A stretch of DNA of 64,000 nucleotides from Candidatus Eiseniibacteriota bacterium (GTDB lineage Bacteria > Eisenbacteria > RBG-16-71-46), in contig JACRPT010000146.1 of assembly GCA_016223045.1 (NCBI GenBank), positions 1,760 to 65,759 of the forward strand. The letters run 5' to 3'. The position numbers and the translations under genes were made by a program. Position 1 is the first letter of the stretch. Every line of letters starts with the position of its first letter. Positions 18,191-33,348 of the stretch are shown here, piece after piece. The notes under the pieces were generated by a model, which ran no database searches, was not told where the DNA came from, and was given only the letters and a program-made list of their open reading frames with translations.

Positions 18191-19624
18191 ATGACCGTCA
18201 AAGGCGGACGCCTCGAGTTCCTGGTGCCGCACCTGCTCCGCGGCCAGCTCCTGCGCCCGGGCTTCGTGCGCATGAGCCTCAAGCTGGGGGTCGCCCGCCA
18301 GATGCCGCACTGGGCCAAGCTCCAGTTCATCCAGGCCGGGGTCTCCGCCGAGGACCTGGACCTGGTCCTGAGCCGCGTCACCAGCCTCGAGTCGTGGGTG
18401 GACGAGTGGGAGAAGCTGGCCCAGCAGCACGAGGCCGGCGCCCGCGCGGAGTTGGGGCTGGGCGACGCGCCCGCGGCCGCGCGGCGCTTCGTCGCCGCCT
18501 CCGCCGCGTACAACTTCGCGCAGTACGTCATGTTCATCGACATCGCGCGCAAGCGCGCGCTCCACGACGGCTGCGTGCGCAGCTACGCGGCGGCCGCGCC
18601 GCTGCTCGACCCGCCCGCGCGGCCCTTTGTGGTGACGTTCCGGCGCCGTTCGGTGCGCGGCTGGCTGCGCGTGCCGCCGGGGCCGCGGCTCGCGCCGGTC
18701 GTCGTGCTGTTCAACGGCACGAACGGGGTCAAGGAGGAGATGCACTGGTGGAGCGACGCGCTGCTCGAACGCGGGCTCGCCACCATCACTTTCGACGGTC
18801 CCGGCCTGGGCGAGACCTTCCACCGCCTCTGGATGGTGGCCGAGCCGCGCCCGGTGGGCACCGCGATCCTGAACGCGATCGAGGCCCGGCCCGAGCTGGA
18901 CGCGGGCGCGGTGGCGTTCCTGGGCATGAGCCTGGGCGGCTACATCGCCATCCGCATGGCCGCCCGCGACGCGCGTATCAAGGCGGTGGCCGCGGTGAGC
19001 CCGCCCTACTCGGCTTCCATCTACTGGAACCTCACGCTGGCCGGGATGCGGCGCGAGCTGGCCGCGCTCTACGACATCCAGGAGCGCGAGATGACCGCGG
19101 TGATCGACCGGCTCACCCTGGCCGACGTGCTGGCCGACGTGCGCTGCCCGCTCATGATCTCGGGCGGCGGCCACGATCACATCACCCCGGGCAGCGAGGC
19201 GTGGCACATCTTCGAGGACGCGCGCTGCGAGCGTGAGCTGGTGTTCTACCCGCGCGGCGCGCACGACTGCTTCAATGTGCTCGCCGACCTCCGGCCGCGC
19301 ATGGTGGGCTGGCTCGCGAGGCAGCTCGAGCGGCACCGCGATCCGCACGCCTGGCGCCGGCCCGAGCGGCCGGAGGGCGAGGGTGCGTGGGGCGCGGCCG
19401 AGGCCGTGGATCCCGACTTCGCCGACGAGCTGTGCGGCGACATCCGCCGCCTGGTGTGGAACCGCGTGGTCAACCCCCCGGAGGCCGCGGGCTGGCGCTG
19501 GTGGAAGCGCCGCGACGCGGCGCGCATCGAGGTGGTGCACCGCGTGGCGGCCGGCACGGCGGAAGGCGAGCCCGACGTCCCGCTCACCACCAACGGCCAC
19601 TCGATCGGCGCGGCCACGGGCTGA
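18191..19624 (+). CDS. Alpha/beta hydrolase (FrsA / 2,6-dihydroxypseudooxynicotine hydrolase-like)
   Basis: KEE, FDGPGLGE, GMSLGG nucleophile, D, GAHDC. Confidence 0.85.
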   Translation: MTVKGGRLEFLVPHLLRGQLLRPGFVRMSLKLGVARQMPHWAKLQFIQAGVSAEDLDLVLSRVTSLESWVDEWEKLAQQHEAGARAELGLGDAPAAARRFVAASAAYNFAQYVMFIDIARKRALHDGCVRSYAAAAPLLDPPARPFVVTFRRRSVRGWLRVPPGPRLAPVVVLFNGTNGVKEEMHWWSDALLERGLATITFDGPGLGETFHRLWMVAEPRPVGTAILNAIEARPELDAGAVAFLGMSLGGYIAIRMAARDARIKAVAAVSPPYSASIYWNLTLAGMRRELAALYDIQEREMTAVIDRLTLADVLADVRCPLMISGGGHDHITPGSEAWHIFEDARCERELVFYPRGAHDCFNVLADLRPRMVGWLARQLERHRDPHAWRRPERPEGEGAWGAAEAVDPDFADELCGDIRRLVWNRVVNPPEAAGWRWWKRRDAARIEVVHRVAAGTAEGEPDVPLTTNGHSIGAATG

Positions 19625-19903
19625 ACGCGGCGGGAAGCGCGCCCGAGGCCGGACGGCCCCTCGTGGCCTCGGCGCGGCGCCGGCACGGACTGCACCTGCG
19701 GGCACTCGCGCGACCTTCTTCCCGCGCGCTCGCGCCGCGCCCCGGCGTCGGGCGGTCATGGCCGACACTACGCGACGGCGCGGTGCGGCACCCCTCCCGC
19801 GGCCTGCCGCGCGGTCTGCAGCGCATGACCCCGACCGGGGGAAGCTGCTAGTCTCCCGGGGCTTCTGACCCTCCATCACCTCCCCCAGCCCCCGGAGCCT
19901 TCC

Positions 19904-20380
19904 ATGCCCGAAGCGCAGGCGAACATCCGCGTGCGTCCATTGGACGAGCTCGACATCGGCGCCATCGTCCGCATCGATGAGCGCATCACCGGCATCTACC
20001 GTCCCGAGGTCTGGGAGCAGCGGGTCGGCTACTACCTGAGGCGCGACCCCGAGGCCTGCCGGGTGGCCGAAGCGGACGGGAAGGTGGTGGGCTTCATGCT
20101 GGCGGACCTGCGGGCCGGGGAGTTCGGGCTGGAGGAGCCGGGCGGCTGGATCGAGCGCTTCGGCATCGACCCCGACTGGCGCGGGCGCGACCTCGGGCGA
20201 CTCCTGTTCGAGGCGATCGTGGCCCACCTGAAGGCGGCGGGCGCAGCCAGCGTGCGCACCCTCGCCGATCGTGGCGACACGCGGATCACGGGCTTCCTCC
20301 AGAAGCTCGGGTTCGCGCCGTCGCCCCTGCAGGCGCTCGAGATCAGGCTGGCGCAACCACCGGGAGAGCAGCGGCGATGA
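19904..20380 (+). CDS. GNAT N-acetyltransferase
   Basis: VAE.DGKVVGFM, GEFG, GIDP..RGRDLG, F.KLGF. Confidence 0.88.
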   Translation: MPEAQANIRVRPLDELDIGAIVRIDERITGIYRPEVWEQRVGYYLRRDPEACRVAEADGKVVGFMLADLRAGEFGLEEPGGWIERFGIDPDWRGRDLGRLLFEAIVAHLKAAGAASVRTLADRGDTRITGFLQKLGFAPSPLQALEIRLAQPPGEQRR

Positions 20381-21723
20381 AGGTGCACGAGATCACGCTC
20401 GAGAAGAAGTACCACGACGCGGTCGAGCACTGGCGCCGCCACAACTTCAAGGACTACGAGCTGCTGCTCGAGAACTGGGACAGGTACTTCCCGACCGACG
20501 AGCGCTTCTGCCTGTGCGCCAAACTGGAGCTGGGCACCTCCGACCAGGTGCAGGTGGGCGAGCACCGGGGCGAGAAGAAGCGCGTCGCGCCCGACGAGCT
20601 GACCGAGGAGGAGGCCAGGCACCTGCTCGGCATCATCCGCGCGCAGGCCTCGACCGAGTTCGGCTCGATCCAGCAGCACTCCGGCACGCTCGAGCGCGCG
20701 CACGACGACCAGGACCGCTTCTGGGTGCTGCGCGTGATGGCCGAGGAGCTGCGTCACGGCTACCAGATGATCCACCTGCTGCTGTCGCAGGACTGGAGCA
20801 AGGCCTCGGGCGGCGTGACCGGGCGCGAGATGGTCGAGGAGATCCTCTCGATGCAGACCGGGAACCACGTGCTCGACGCCTTCAACCTCGACTACGACTC
20901 GTTCCTCGACAACATCACGTTCGCGGCGCTCATCGACCGCGTCGGCAAGTACCAGCTCACCATGCAGAAGGTGTGCGCGTACCGGCCGATGGCCGACAGC
21001 ATGCCGCCGATGCTGCGCGAGGAGGCGTTCCACCTGGCGGCCGGCGTGATCCCGCTCAGGCGCTGGGCGAAGCGCGCGGCCGCGGGCGACCCGTTCATCA
21101 CCATGACCGCCATCCAGCACGCCGTGAACAAGTGGCTGCCGCGCGGGCTCGAGATGTTCGGCGACGAACGCGGCGGCGAGACCAACGTGAAGTTCGGCTT
21201 CAAGGACATGAAGAACCGCGAGGCGCAGGACCTGTACCTCGAAGAGGTGCGCCGGATGATCCGCGACATCAACGCGCGGTTCCTGCGCGCGCGCTTCCCC
21301 GAGATCGGCGCCGAGCAGGCCGAGCAGGTGCTCGCCGACCTCGAGCGGAACCGCGGCGCGCACCGCGGCGTGCGCCACGACGACCTCTTGCGCCTGCCGG
21401 ACCGGCGCTTCTTCCGCCGCAAGGGCGAGCCCGCGTTCGCGATGGTGGGCGTGGATGGCGAGGCGTTCACCGACGTCGAGGAGTACCTGCGCCACCTGGC
21501 GAAGAACCTCAACGAGGGCTACGTCGCCAGCCGCGACATGCGCAACTACGCCGAGGCGCTGCGCGGCGTGGCCGCCGGCACGCTCGCGGTCGCCGACGCC
21601 GTGAAGAAGATGCCGAAGCTCAAGCGCGTGGGTGGCACCTGCCCGTGCTCGAAGGGTGTGCGCTGGGTGATGGAGGAAGGCGAGGGAGCGCCGGGCGCGC
21701 CCGCGAGCGGCGCCGGAGCGTAG
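20377..21723 (+). CDS. BoxB/PaaA-like ferritin-fold diiron epoxidase subunit
   Basis: Q..TE..S..Q, EELRH, DRVGKYQL, EEAFH, NKWLP...EMFG. Confidence 0.8.
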   Translation: MKVHEITLEKKYHDAVEHWRRHNFKDYELLLENWDRYFPTDERFCLCAKLELGTSDQVQVGEHRGEKKRVAPDELTEEEARHLLGIIRAQASTEFGSIQQHSGTLERAHDDQDRFWVLRVMAEELRHGYQMIHLLLSQDWSKASGGVTGREMVEEILSMQTGNHVLDAFNLDYDSFLDNITFAALIDRVGKYQLTMQKVCAYRPMADSMPPMLREEAFHLAAGVIPLRRWAKRAAAGDPFITMTAIQHAVNKWLPRGLEMFGDERGGETNVKFGFKDMKNREAQDLYLEEVRRMIRDINARFLRARFPEIGAEQAEQVLADLERNRGAHRGVRHDDLLRLPDRRFFRRKGEPAFAMVGVDGEAFTDVEEYLRHLAKNLNEGYVASRDMRNYAEALRGVAAGTLAVADAVKKMPKLKRVGGTCPCSKGVRWVMEEGEGAPGAPASGAGA

Positions 21724-21877
21724 CCGTTCACGAGCCGTCGCCGGGCCGGTAGCTGATCGCCGCCCTCTCCCCCGGTCCTTCCGCACACCTCGACCCGGCG
21801 TGACAAGCGCCGCCCGGCGCCTCTATCATTCGCTGCCTTGCTTCGCCGCTGACGGCATCGCACGCACCGGAGTCCTC

Positions 21878-23542
21878 ATGCCACGCCCCCCGCACGTCGC
21901 CTACTTCTGCATGGAGTTCGGCCTGCACGAGTCCTTCCCGATCTACTCGGGCGGGCTCGGCATCCTGGCCGGGGACTTCATCAAGTCGGCCCACGACCTC
22001 AAGCTCCCGGTGGTCGGCGTGGGCCTGTTGTGGGAGCGCGGCTACGGCATCCAGCGCGTCGGCCCCGACGGGCTGCCGGTGGACGAGTTCCCGACCTACG
22101 ACCGCGGCTTCCTGCGCGACACCGGCGTGCGCGTGCGCGTGCTGGTGCGCGGCACCGAAGTGCCGTGCTCGGTGTGGCAGACCACGCGTTTCGGCAACGT
22201 CCCGCTCTACCTGATCCAGCCGATGCGCGAGAGCGACCGCTGGATCACGCACCGGCTCTACGAGGCCGGCACGGACGTGCGCATCGCGCAGGAGATGCTG
22301 CTCGGCATCGGCGGCGCGCGCGCCCTGAACTGGCTCGGCATCCCGATCTCGACCTACCACTTCAACGAGGGGCACGCGGTCTTCGCGGGCGCGGAGACCA
22401 TCGCCGACCGCATGGAAGGCGGCATGACCTTCCCCGAGGCGTGGGCCGAGACGCGCCGGCAGATCGTGTTCACCACCCACACCCCGGTGAAGGCGGGCAA
22501 CGAGGAGCACCAGCTCAAGGACCTGCGGCGCATGGGCGCCTGCCTCCAGCTCTCGGGCGCGGAGATGCGTGACATCGGCGGCGACCCGTTCAACATGACG
22601 GTGGCGGGCCTGCGGCTCGCGCGCCTCGCGAACGCCGTGTCCGAGCTGCACGGCGAGACCGCGCGCACCATGTGGAAGCACGTCGAGAACGCGGCGCCCA
22701 TCGTCTCGGTCACCAACGGCGTGCACCAGCCGACCTGGCAGTCACCGGAGATCCGCGACGCCGGTGCCGATCCCGCGAAGCTGTGGGCGGCGCACGAGGC
22801 GCACAAGCGCGCGCTGACCGCGCTCATCGAGGAGCGCGCCCGGGTGAAGATGGACCCCGACCGGCTCCTGATCGGCTTCGCGCGCCGGGCGGCCGGCTAC
22901 AAGCGCTCGGACCTGATCGTGCGCGATGAGACCCGGCTCCAGTGGCTGCTCGGGAAGGGCGCCAACATCGTGCTCTCGGGCAAGGCCCACCCCGACGACA
23001 AGTTCGGCAAGACCATCGTGCAGCGCCTGGTGGCCACCGCCGGGAAGCACCCGGGCCGCGTGGTCTATCTCGAGAACTACGACATGGTGCTGAGCCGCGC
23101 GATGACGCGCGGCTGCGACGTGTGGCTCAACAACCCGATCCGGCCGCTCGAGGCGAGCGGCACCTCCGGCATGAAGGCGGGGATGAACGGCGTCCTGAAC
23201 CTGAGCATCCTCGACGGCTGGTGGCCCGAGGCCTGCGAGCACGGCGTGAACGGCTGGGCCATCGGCGACAAGCTCTCCGGCGACGACGAGCGCGACCTCG
23301 CCTCGCTCTACGGCACGCTCGAGAAGGACGTGCTGCCCGCGTGGAGCGACCGGGCGCGCTGGGTGCGGATGATGCAGGCCAGCATCGCGACCTGCACCAC
23401 GCGCTTCTCCTCCGACCGCATGGTGCGCGACTACTTCGCGAAGCTGTACGCGGCGGAGGGGACCGGGCCCCCCGCGCCGCCGGCCGCCGAGCCGGCGCCG
23501 CAGGCGGCTCCTGGCAGCAGCGCCCCTGAAAGCAACGCTTGA
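21878..23542 (+). CDS. glgP: Alpha-glucan phosphorylase (short type)
   Basis: YFCMEFG, YSGGLG.LAGD, HFNEGH, FTTHTP, EASGTSGMK (PLP lysine), LDGWW.E. Confidence 0.95.
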   Translation: MPRPPHVAYFCMEFGLHESFPIYSGGLGILAGDFIKSAHDLKLPVVGVGLLWERGYGIQRVGPDGLPVDEFPTYDRGFLRDTGVRVRVLVRGTEVPCSVWQTTRFGNVPLYLIQPMRESDRWITHRLYEAGTDVRIAQEMLLGIGGARALNWLGIPISTYHFNEGHAVFAGAETIADRMEGGMTFPEAWAETRRQIVFTTHTPVKAGNEEHQLKDLRRMGACLQLSGAEMRDIGGDPFNMTVAGLRLARLANAVSELHGETARTMWKHVENAAPIVSVTNGVHQPTWQSPEIRDAGADPAKLWAAHEAHKRALTALIEERARVKMDPDRLLIGFARRAAGYKRSDLIVRDETRLQWLLGKGANIVLSGKAHPDDKFGKTIVQRLVATAGKHPGRVVYLENYDMVLSRAMTRGCDVWLNNPIRPLEASGTSGMKAGMNGVLNLSILDGWWPEACEHGVNGWAIGDKLSGDDERDLASLYGTLEKDVLPAWSDRARWVRMMQASIATCTTRFSSDRMVRDYFAKLYAAEGTGPPAPPAAEPAPQAAPGSSAPESNA

Positions 23543-23568
23543 CCGCGGCGCACCGCGGCCGGTAGCCT
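23539..23568 (+). promoter_or_regulatory. Sigma70-like promoter for a leaderless leader-peptide transcript
   Basis: TTGACC-N18-TAGCCT, ending 6 nt before the ATG at 23575; no SD. Confidence 0.5.
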
Positions 23569-23574
23569 TTCCGC

Positions 23575-23640
23575 ATGTTCAACCGCGCGTCGTACGTCTG
23601 CGCCTACGCTTACCCCCCGCGGGGGTGGGCCTCGGCGTGA
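23575..23640 (+). CDS. Aromatic/Tyr leader peptide MFNRASYVCAYAYPPRGWASA
   Basis: 21 codons with 3 Tyr, 1 Phe and 1 Trp, directly upstream of a terminator and the CM-PDH gene. Confidence 0.8.
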   Translation: MFNRASYVCAYAYPPRGWASA

Positions 23641-23660
23641 CGTAGCGACGTCCCGCGCTC

Positions 23661-23696
23661 GACCCACTTCCGCTCGCGGAGGTGGGTCTTTCGTTT
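23661..23696 (+). terminator. Attenuator terminator hairpin
   Basis: GACCCACTTCCG-CTCG-CGGAGGTGGGTC followed by TTTCGTTT. Confidence 0.85.
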
Positions 23697-23727
23697 CCCC
23701 CTCCGCGGCAGCTCCGAGGGAGGGAAC

Positions 23728-24906
23728 ATGTCCGCCGACACGCCATCCACCGCCCCGACCATCGCCGCGGTGCGCGGCGCGGTGCAGGTGCGCGCCAACA
23801 CCGCCGCCGATGTCCTCGAGGCCACCACGCGCCTGCTGGTGGCCCTGCTCGACGCGAACCGGCTGGCGCCCGAGCGTGTGGTGAGCGCGGTCTTCACCAC
23901 CACCGAGGACCTCGACGCCGACTTCCCGGCCCACGCCGCGCGGCGGCTGGGCTGGAGCGACGTGCCGATGCTCAACGCGCGGGAGATCCCGGTGCCGGGA
24001 GCGATGGAGCGCGTGGTGCGCGTGCTCCTGACCGTGCGCGACGTGCCGCGCGGCGCGCGGCTCGTGCCCGTCTACCTGGACGGCGCCGCGGCGCTGCGAC
24101 CCGACCTGGTGACGCGCGCGGCGCCGGCAGCGTCCGCGTCCGCGCGCCGGCTCGCGCTCATCGGCCTCGGGCAGATCGGCGGCTCGATCGGGCTCTCGCT
24201 CGCGGGGGCTCCCGGCTGGCATCGCGTGGGCTTCGACGCGGACGCCGTCACCGCCGGACACGCGTTCGCGGCCGGTGCGGTGGACGAGCTGGCACCGACG
24301 CTCGCCGCGGCCTGCGCGGGCGCGGAGATCGCGGTGATCGCCACGCCGGTGGACACGCTCGCGGCGCTCGTCGAGGCCGCGGCCGCCGCGCTGCCGCCTG
24401 GCGCCGCGCTGCTCGACACCGGGAGTGCGCGCGGGCCCGTCACGCCGGCGCTCCGGCGCGCCGCGGCACGCGGCATCGCCGCGGTGGGCGGCCACCCGAG
24501 CGCGGGCCACGAGGGCCGCGGCTTCGCGGCCGCGCGCGCCGGGCTGTTCGCCGGCGCGGCGTTCGCGCTGCTGCCGGTGCGTGGCGCGGTGCCCGACGTG
24601 GTGCAGGCGCTGGTGCGCGACCTCGGCGCGCGGCCCGTCGAGGTGGAGCCCGAGGCGCACGACCGCGCGCTCGCGCGCACCAGCCACCTCCCCTACCTGA
24701 TGGCATGCGCGCTGCGCAGGCTGGGAGGCGCCGAGGCGGCGCGCGACCTCGCCGGGTCGGGCTTCCGCGACATGACGCGGCTCGCGGCGAGCGATCCGCG
24801 GATGGCCGAGGCCTACTGTCGCGCCAACGCCCGCGAAGTGGCGGGCGCCTGGCGCCTGCTGCGCGACGCGCTGGACCGGAGGATCGCGGCGCTGGGCGAA
24901 GCCTAG
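23728..24906 (+). CDS. tyrA: AroH-type chorismate mutase fused to prephenate dehydrogenase (TyrA)
   Basis: N-terminal VRGA.Q, FTTT.DL...FPA.AAR, E..VPG (AroH); C-terminal GLGQIGGS, DTGS, GGHP, HD..LA..SHLP, G.GFRDMTRLA. Confidence 0.9.
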   Translation: MSADTPSTAPTIAAVRGAVQVRANTAADVLEATTRLLVALLDANRLAPERVVSAVFTTTEDLDADFPAHAARRLGWSDVPMLNAREIPVPGAMERVVRVLLTVRDVPRGARLVPVYLDGAAALRPDLVTRAAPAASASARRLALIGLGQIGGSIGLSLAGAPGWHRVGFDADAVTAGHAFAAGAVDELAPTLAAACAGAEIAVIATPVDTLAALVEAAAAALPPGAALLDTGSARGPVTPALRRAAARGIAAVGGHPSAGHEGRGFAAARAGLFAGAAFALLPVRGAVPDVVQALVRDLGARPVEVEPEAHDRALARTSHLPYLMACALRRLGGAEAARDLAGSGFRDMTRLAASDPRMAEAYCRANAREVAGAWRLLRDALDRRIAALGEA

Positions 24907-24974
24907 CGCTCCGCGCGGGCCCCCCGGCGAGGGCGGGGCGGTCGCCGGAACGACAGGCCCTTCTCGACCGGGCC

Positions 24975-25466
24975 CTACCCCGCCACTTCCTCCGGCGCGA
25001 CCTTCACCGCCGCGAGCGCGGCGAGGTACTCCTCGGGCAGCCGGTGGTGGCGCGCGCCGCGCAGGATGGCGTCGAGGTAGCGGCGCGAGGGCGGCTGCGG
25101 GTTGGCGGGGTGCGCCAGGTAGGTCGCGACGCGGATGCGGCGCGGCACCGAGCCGTCGTCGGGGCGCACCAGCTCCACGGTGACCTGCACGCGGTCGTAG
25201 ATGTTGTGCGGGTCGCCCTCGGCCCGGAATCCCTCGTAGCCATCGAGCGCGCGCAGGTCGTCGTCGTCCAGCTCGAACAGCATCCCCCACACCGTGGCGA
25301 TGTGGGCGGGCTGGACGCTCGCCACGCCGCCGCCCCAGCGGTTCGAGAACAGCGGGAACACCAGCCGGTGGTCGTGGAGCGCCGCGAGGCCCACCACGCG
25401 ATGGCGCGGACAGCGCTCGCGCATCTGTTCCGGGTCCAGGTTCGAGCCGTAGGCGAAGTAGAGCAT
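24975..25466 (-). CDS. Gamma-glutamylcyclotransferase-family protein
   Basis: YFAYGSNL, LD.YEG, PS..YL..I..GA. Confidence 0.9.
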   Translation of the reverse strand: MLYFAYGSNLDPEQMRERCPRHRVVGLAALHDHRLVFPLFSNRWGGGVASVQPAHIATVWGMLFELDDDDLRALDGYEGFRAEGDPHNIYDRVQVTVELVRPDDGSVPRRIRVATYLAHPANPQPPSRRYLDAILRGARHHRLPEEYLAALAAVKVAPEEVAG

Positions 25467-25519
25467 CGGGCCTCCCGATGGGGCCGTGGGGGAACTGCGG
25501 CTCCAGCATACCCCGGAAC

Positions 25520-25662
25520 GGGTGCGCCGCGCGCGGTGGACTCGCGTGCTCCGTCGCTTCACGGACGGAGGCCGCCGCCGGGGCAGCGCGCGGTGGACTC
25601 GCCCGAGCCACCGAATCCCGGTCGGAGGCCGCCGCGGGGTGCGCCACGCGGTGGACTCGCCC
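25520..25662. repeat. Three degenerate tandem repeats with core CGCGGTGGACTCGC (57-58-bp period)
   Basis: Exact 14-mer at 25532, 25589 and 25647 in a divergent intergenic region. Confidence 0.8.
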
Positions 25663-25741
25663 CGGAGCGCCGGATAAGATGCCGGCTCCCGGCGCCAGCA
25701 GCGGTCGCGCACCCTCACCCCCCATCCCGGAGACCTCACCG

Positions 25742-26470
25742 ATGGCTGTGGACCTGCTCGCTTTCGGCCCCCATCCCGACGATGCGGAGATCGGCTGCGG
25801 CGCGATGCTCCGCAAGATGAAGGACCTCGGGCACTCGACCGGGATCGTGGACATGACCACCGGCGACATGGGCTGGGGCACCCCGGAGATCCGGCTCGAG
25901 GAATGCGCGGAGGCGGCGCGCATCCTCGGGCTCGACGTACGCGAGAACCTCGACCTCGGCGACTGCCGCATCGAGGACACCTTCGAGAACCGCTCCAAGG
26001 TCGCGGCCGTCATCCGCAGGCACCGGCCGCAGGTCGTGCTCGCGCCCTACTACAACCTGCCGATCGGCCGCGGCCTCGGCCACAACGACCACTACAAGAC
26101 CGGGCAGATCGTCGCCAACGCCTACAACCTCGCGCACCTGCGCAAGGCGCCGGTGGAAGGCGAACCCTGGCAGGCGAAGGCGATCTACTACTACTTCCTG
26201 CCGCCCGGCGTGTCGCCCACGTTCATCGTGGACGTCTCGGACACCTACGACGCCTGGATGAAGGCGCTCGACTGCCATCAGAGCCAGTTCCACAACCCCG
26301 AGCGGCCGCGCCCCGCGGAGCTGCCGCAGGTCCACGACCTGTTCCAGTCGTTCGCGCGCTACTGGGGCTGGCAGGTCGGGGTGAAGTACGCGCAGGCCTT
26401 CCTGTCCACCGGGCCGTTGCGGATCGGCGACCCGCTCATGCTGGTCAAGGACGTGATCCCGCGCCCCTGA
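25742..26470 (+). CDS. bshB1: PIG-L deacetylase, bacillithiol biosynthesis BshB1-like
   Basis: HPDDAE.GCG, GTPEIR..E, H.DH, F.VDVS, H.SQF. Confidence 0.8.
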   Translation: MAVDLLAFGPHPDDAEIGCGAMLRKMKDLGHSTGIVDMTTGDMGWGTPEIRLEECAEAARILGLDVRENLDLGDCRIEDTFENRSKVAAVIRRHRPQVVLAPYYNLPIGRGLGHNDHYKTGQIVANAYNLAHLRKAPVEGEPWQAKAIYYYFLPPGVSPTFIVDVSDTYDAWMKALDCHQSQFHNPERPRPAELPQVHDLFQSFARYWGWQVGVKYAQAFLSTGPLRIGDPLMLVKDVIPRP

Positions 26471-26515
26471 ATCCGCGCGGCGCCCGCTCGCGCCGCCGCA
26501 GAGCCCGGAGCCCCG

Positions 26516-28266
26516 ATGCGCCCGCTCCTGAAGCGCGTTCCTCCCGTCGCGACGCTGGCGCTGCTGCTCGCGACGTGCGTCCCGGCGGCCGCCGCGCCGG
26601 CGGGATCCGCCGACGCGCAGTTCGAGCGCCTCGCCCACGAGTACCTGGACGGCTGGCTCGCGCGCCGTCCGGACCTGGCGACGCGGCTCGGGCTCCATCG
26701 CGAAGACGCGCTCCTCTCGCCTGTGTCCCAGGCCACGCTCGCCGAGGACGCCGCGCGGGCGCGTTCTCTCCAGGCGCGTCTCGCCGCCATCCCGCGCGAT
26801 CGGCTCTCGTTCGAGCGCGCGCTCGACCATGACCTGCTGGCCGCGCGGCTGGCCCGCGAGCGGCTCGATCTCGAGGTGCTGCGTCCCTTCGAGCGCGACC
26901 CCGGTGCCTATGTCGAGCTGGTGGCGGGCTCGGTGCAATCGCTGCTCGAGCACGACTCCGCTTCGCCGTGCTCGCGCGTGCGCGCGGTGGCGGCGCGGCT
27001 GGACCTGGTGCCGGAGGTGCTGCGCGCGGCGCGCATCAACCTGCGCGACCCGTCACGGCTCGCCATCGAGGAGGCGATCGGGCGCTTCGAGGGCACGCTC
27101 CGCCTCTACCGCGAAGCGCTGCCCGCGCTGGCGGCGGGCTGCCGCGACGATCGCGCCCAGGCCGACCTCGCCGAGGCCGACACCACCGCGATCCGCGCGG
27201 TCGAGGACTTCCTCGTCACCCTGCGCGAGGACCTGCTGCCACGCGCGACTGACGACTTCGCAGCCGGCGACTCGGCACTGCGCATCCTGATCGCGACCGA
27301 TGAGCGGGAGCCGATCCCGCTCGATTCGCTGCGCGCGGCGGGCGAGCAGGAGATGGACTCGACGCGCGCCCGCATGGCGCGGCTCGCCGGGCGCATCGCG
27401 CCGGGCGGCGGCGTGGCCGCGGCGCTGGATTCACTGCGTGCGTACGCGCCCACCGACACGGCGCTGGTCGCGGCGCTCTCGTCCGCGGTCGCGGGGGTGC
27501 GTGCCTTCCTCGGGACGCACGCGATCGTGACGCCGCCCGGGCGCGAGAACCTGCGGGTGCGCGAGGCCCCGCCCTTCGCGCGCGCTGCCGACGCCGTCAC
27601 GCTGGACCTTCCCGGACCCTGGGAACGCGAGGGGGCCGAGGCGGGCCTCGAGGTGGTCCCGATCGAGCCCGGCTGGGGCGAGGAGCGCAGGCGCGAGCAC
27701 CGGTCCTCGTTCGACCCGTGGTCGGCAGTCGTGGCCGCCATTCGCGAGGCGGTGCCCGGGCGCTACTATCAGGCGCTGGCGGCGCGGCGCGCGCCCTCGC
27801 GACTGCGCCAGGCGGTGGACTGTGCCGAGAGCGTTCGCGGCTGGGCGGACTACTGCGAGGCGATGATGATCCAGCAGGGCTTCGGCGAAGGCGACCCGCG
27901 CTACGAGTTGGCGCAGCAGGCGATCGCCCTGCGGCGCCTCGGGCGCTTCGTCGCGGCCATCGAGCTGCACACGCGGCAGGTCACCCTCGAGCAGGCGGCG
28001 GCGATGCTCGAGGCCCGCTGTTTCCTCGCGCCCGCCGAGGCGCGGCGCGAGGCGCGCCGCGCGGCGCGCGACCCGGACGCCATCGCGGGCACGTGCGGGC
28101 GCTGGCGCATCCTGGCGTTGCGCGGCGAGCTCGAGCGCGCACTCGGGCCCCGCTTCCAGCTCGCGGCGTTCCACGATGCGTTCCTGCGCCCGGGCCGCGT
28201 GCCGCTGCGGGCGGCGCGCGCGGCGCTGTTCCGGGAGCTGGCCGGCGCGCCGGAGGGACGGAAGCC

Positions 28267-28270
<4 letters not shown>
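26516..28270 (+). CDS. DUF885-family secreted protein (motifs degenerate)
   Basis: P..AT.LG.H; REAVPGR (cf. HE..PGH); RGWADYCE (cf. EGWA.Y.E); F.L.AFHD.FL. Confidence 0.8.

Positions 28271-33348
<5,078 letters not shown>

Noticed and set aside
25520..25662. Degenerate CRISPR array
   Set aside because: Conserved core is only 14 bp, the intervening sequences are partly related, and there are no cas genes
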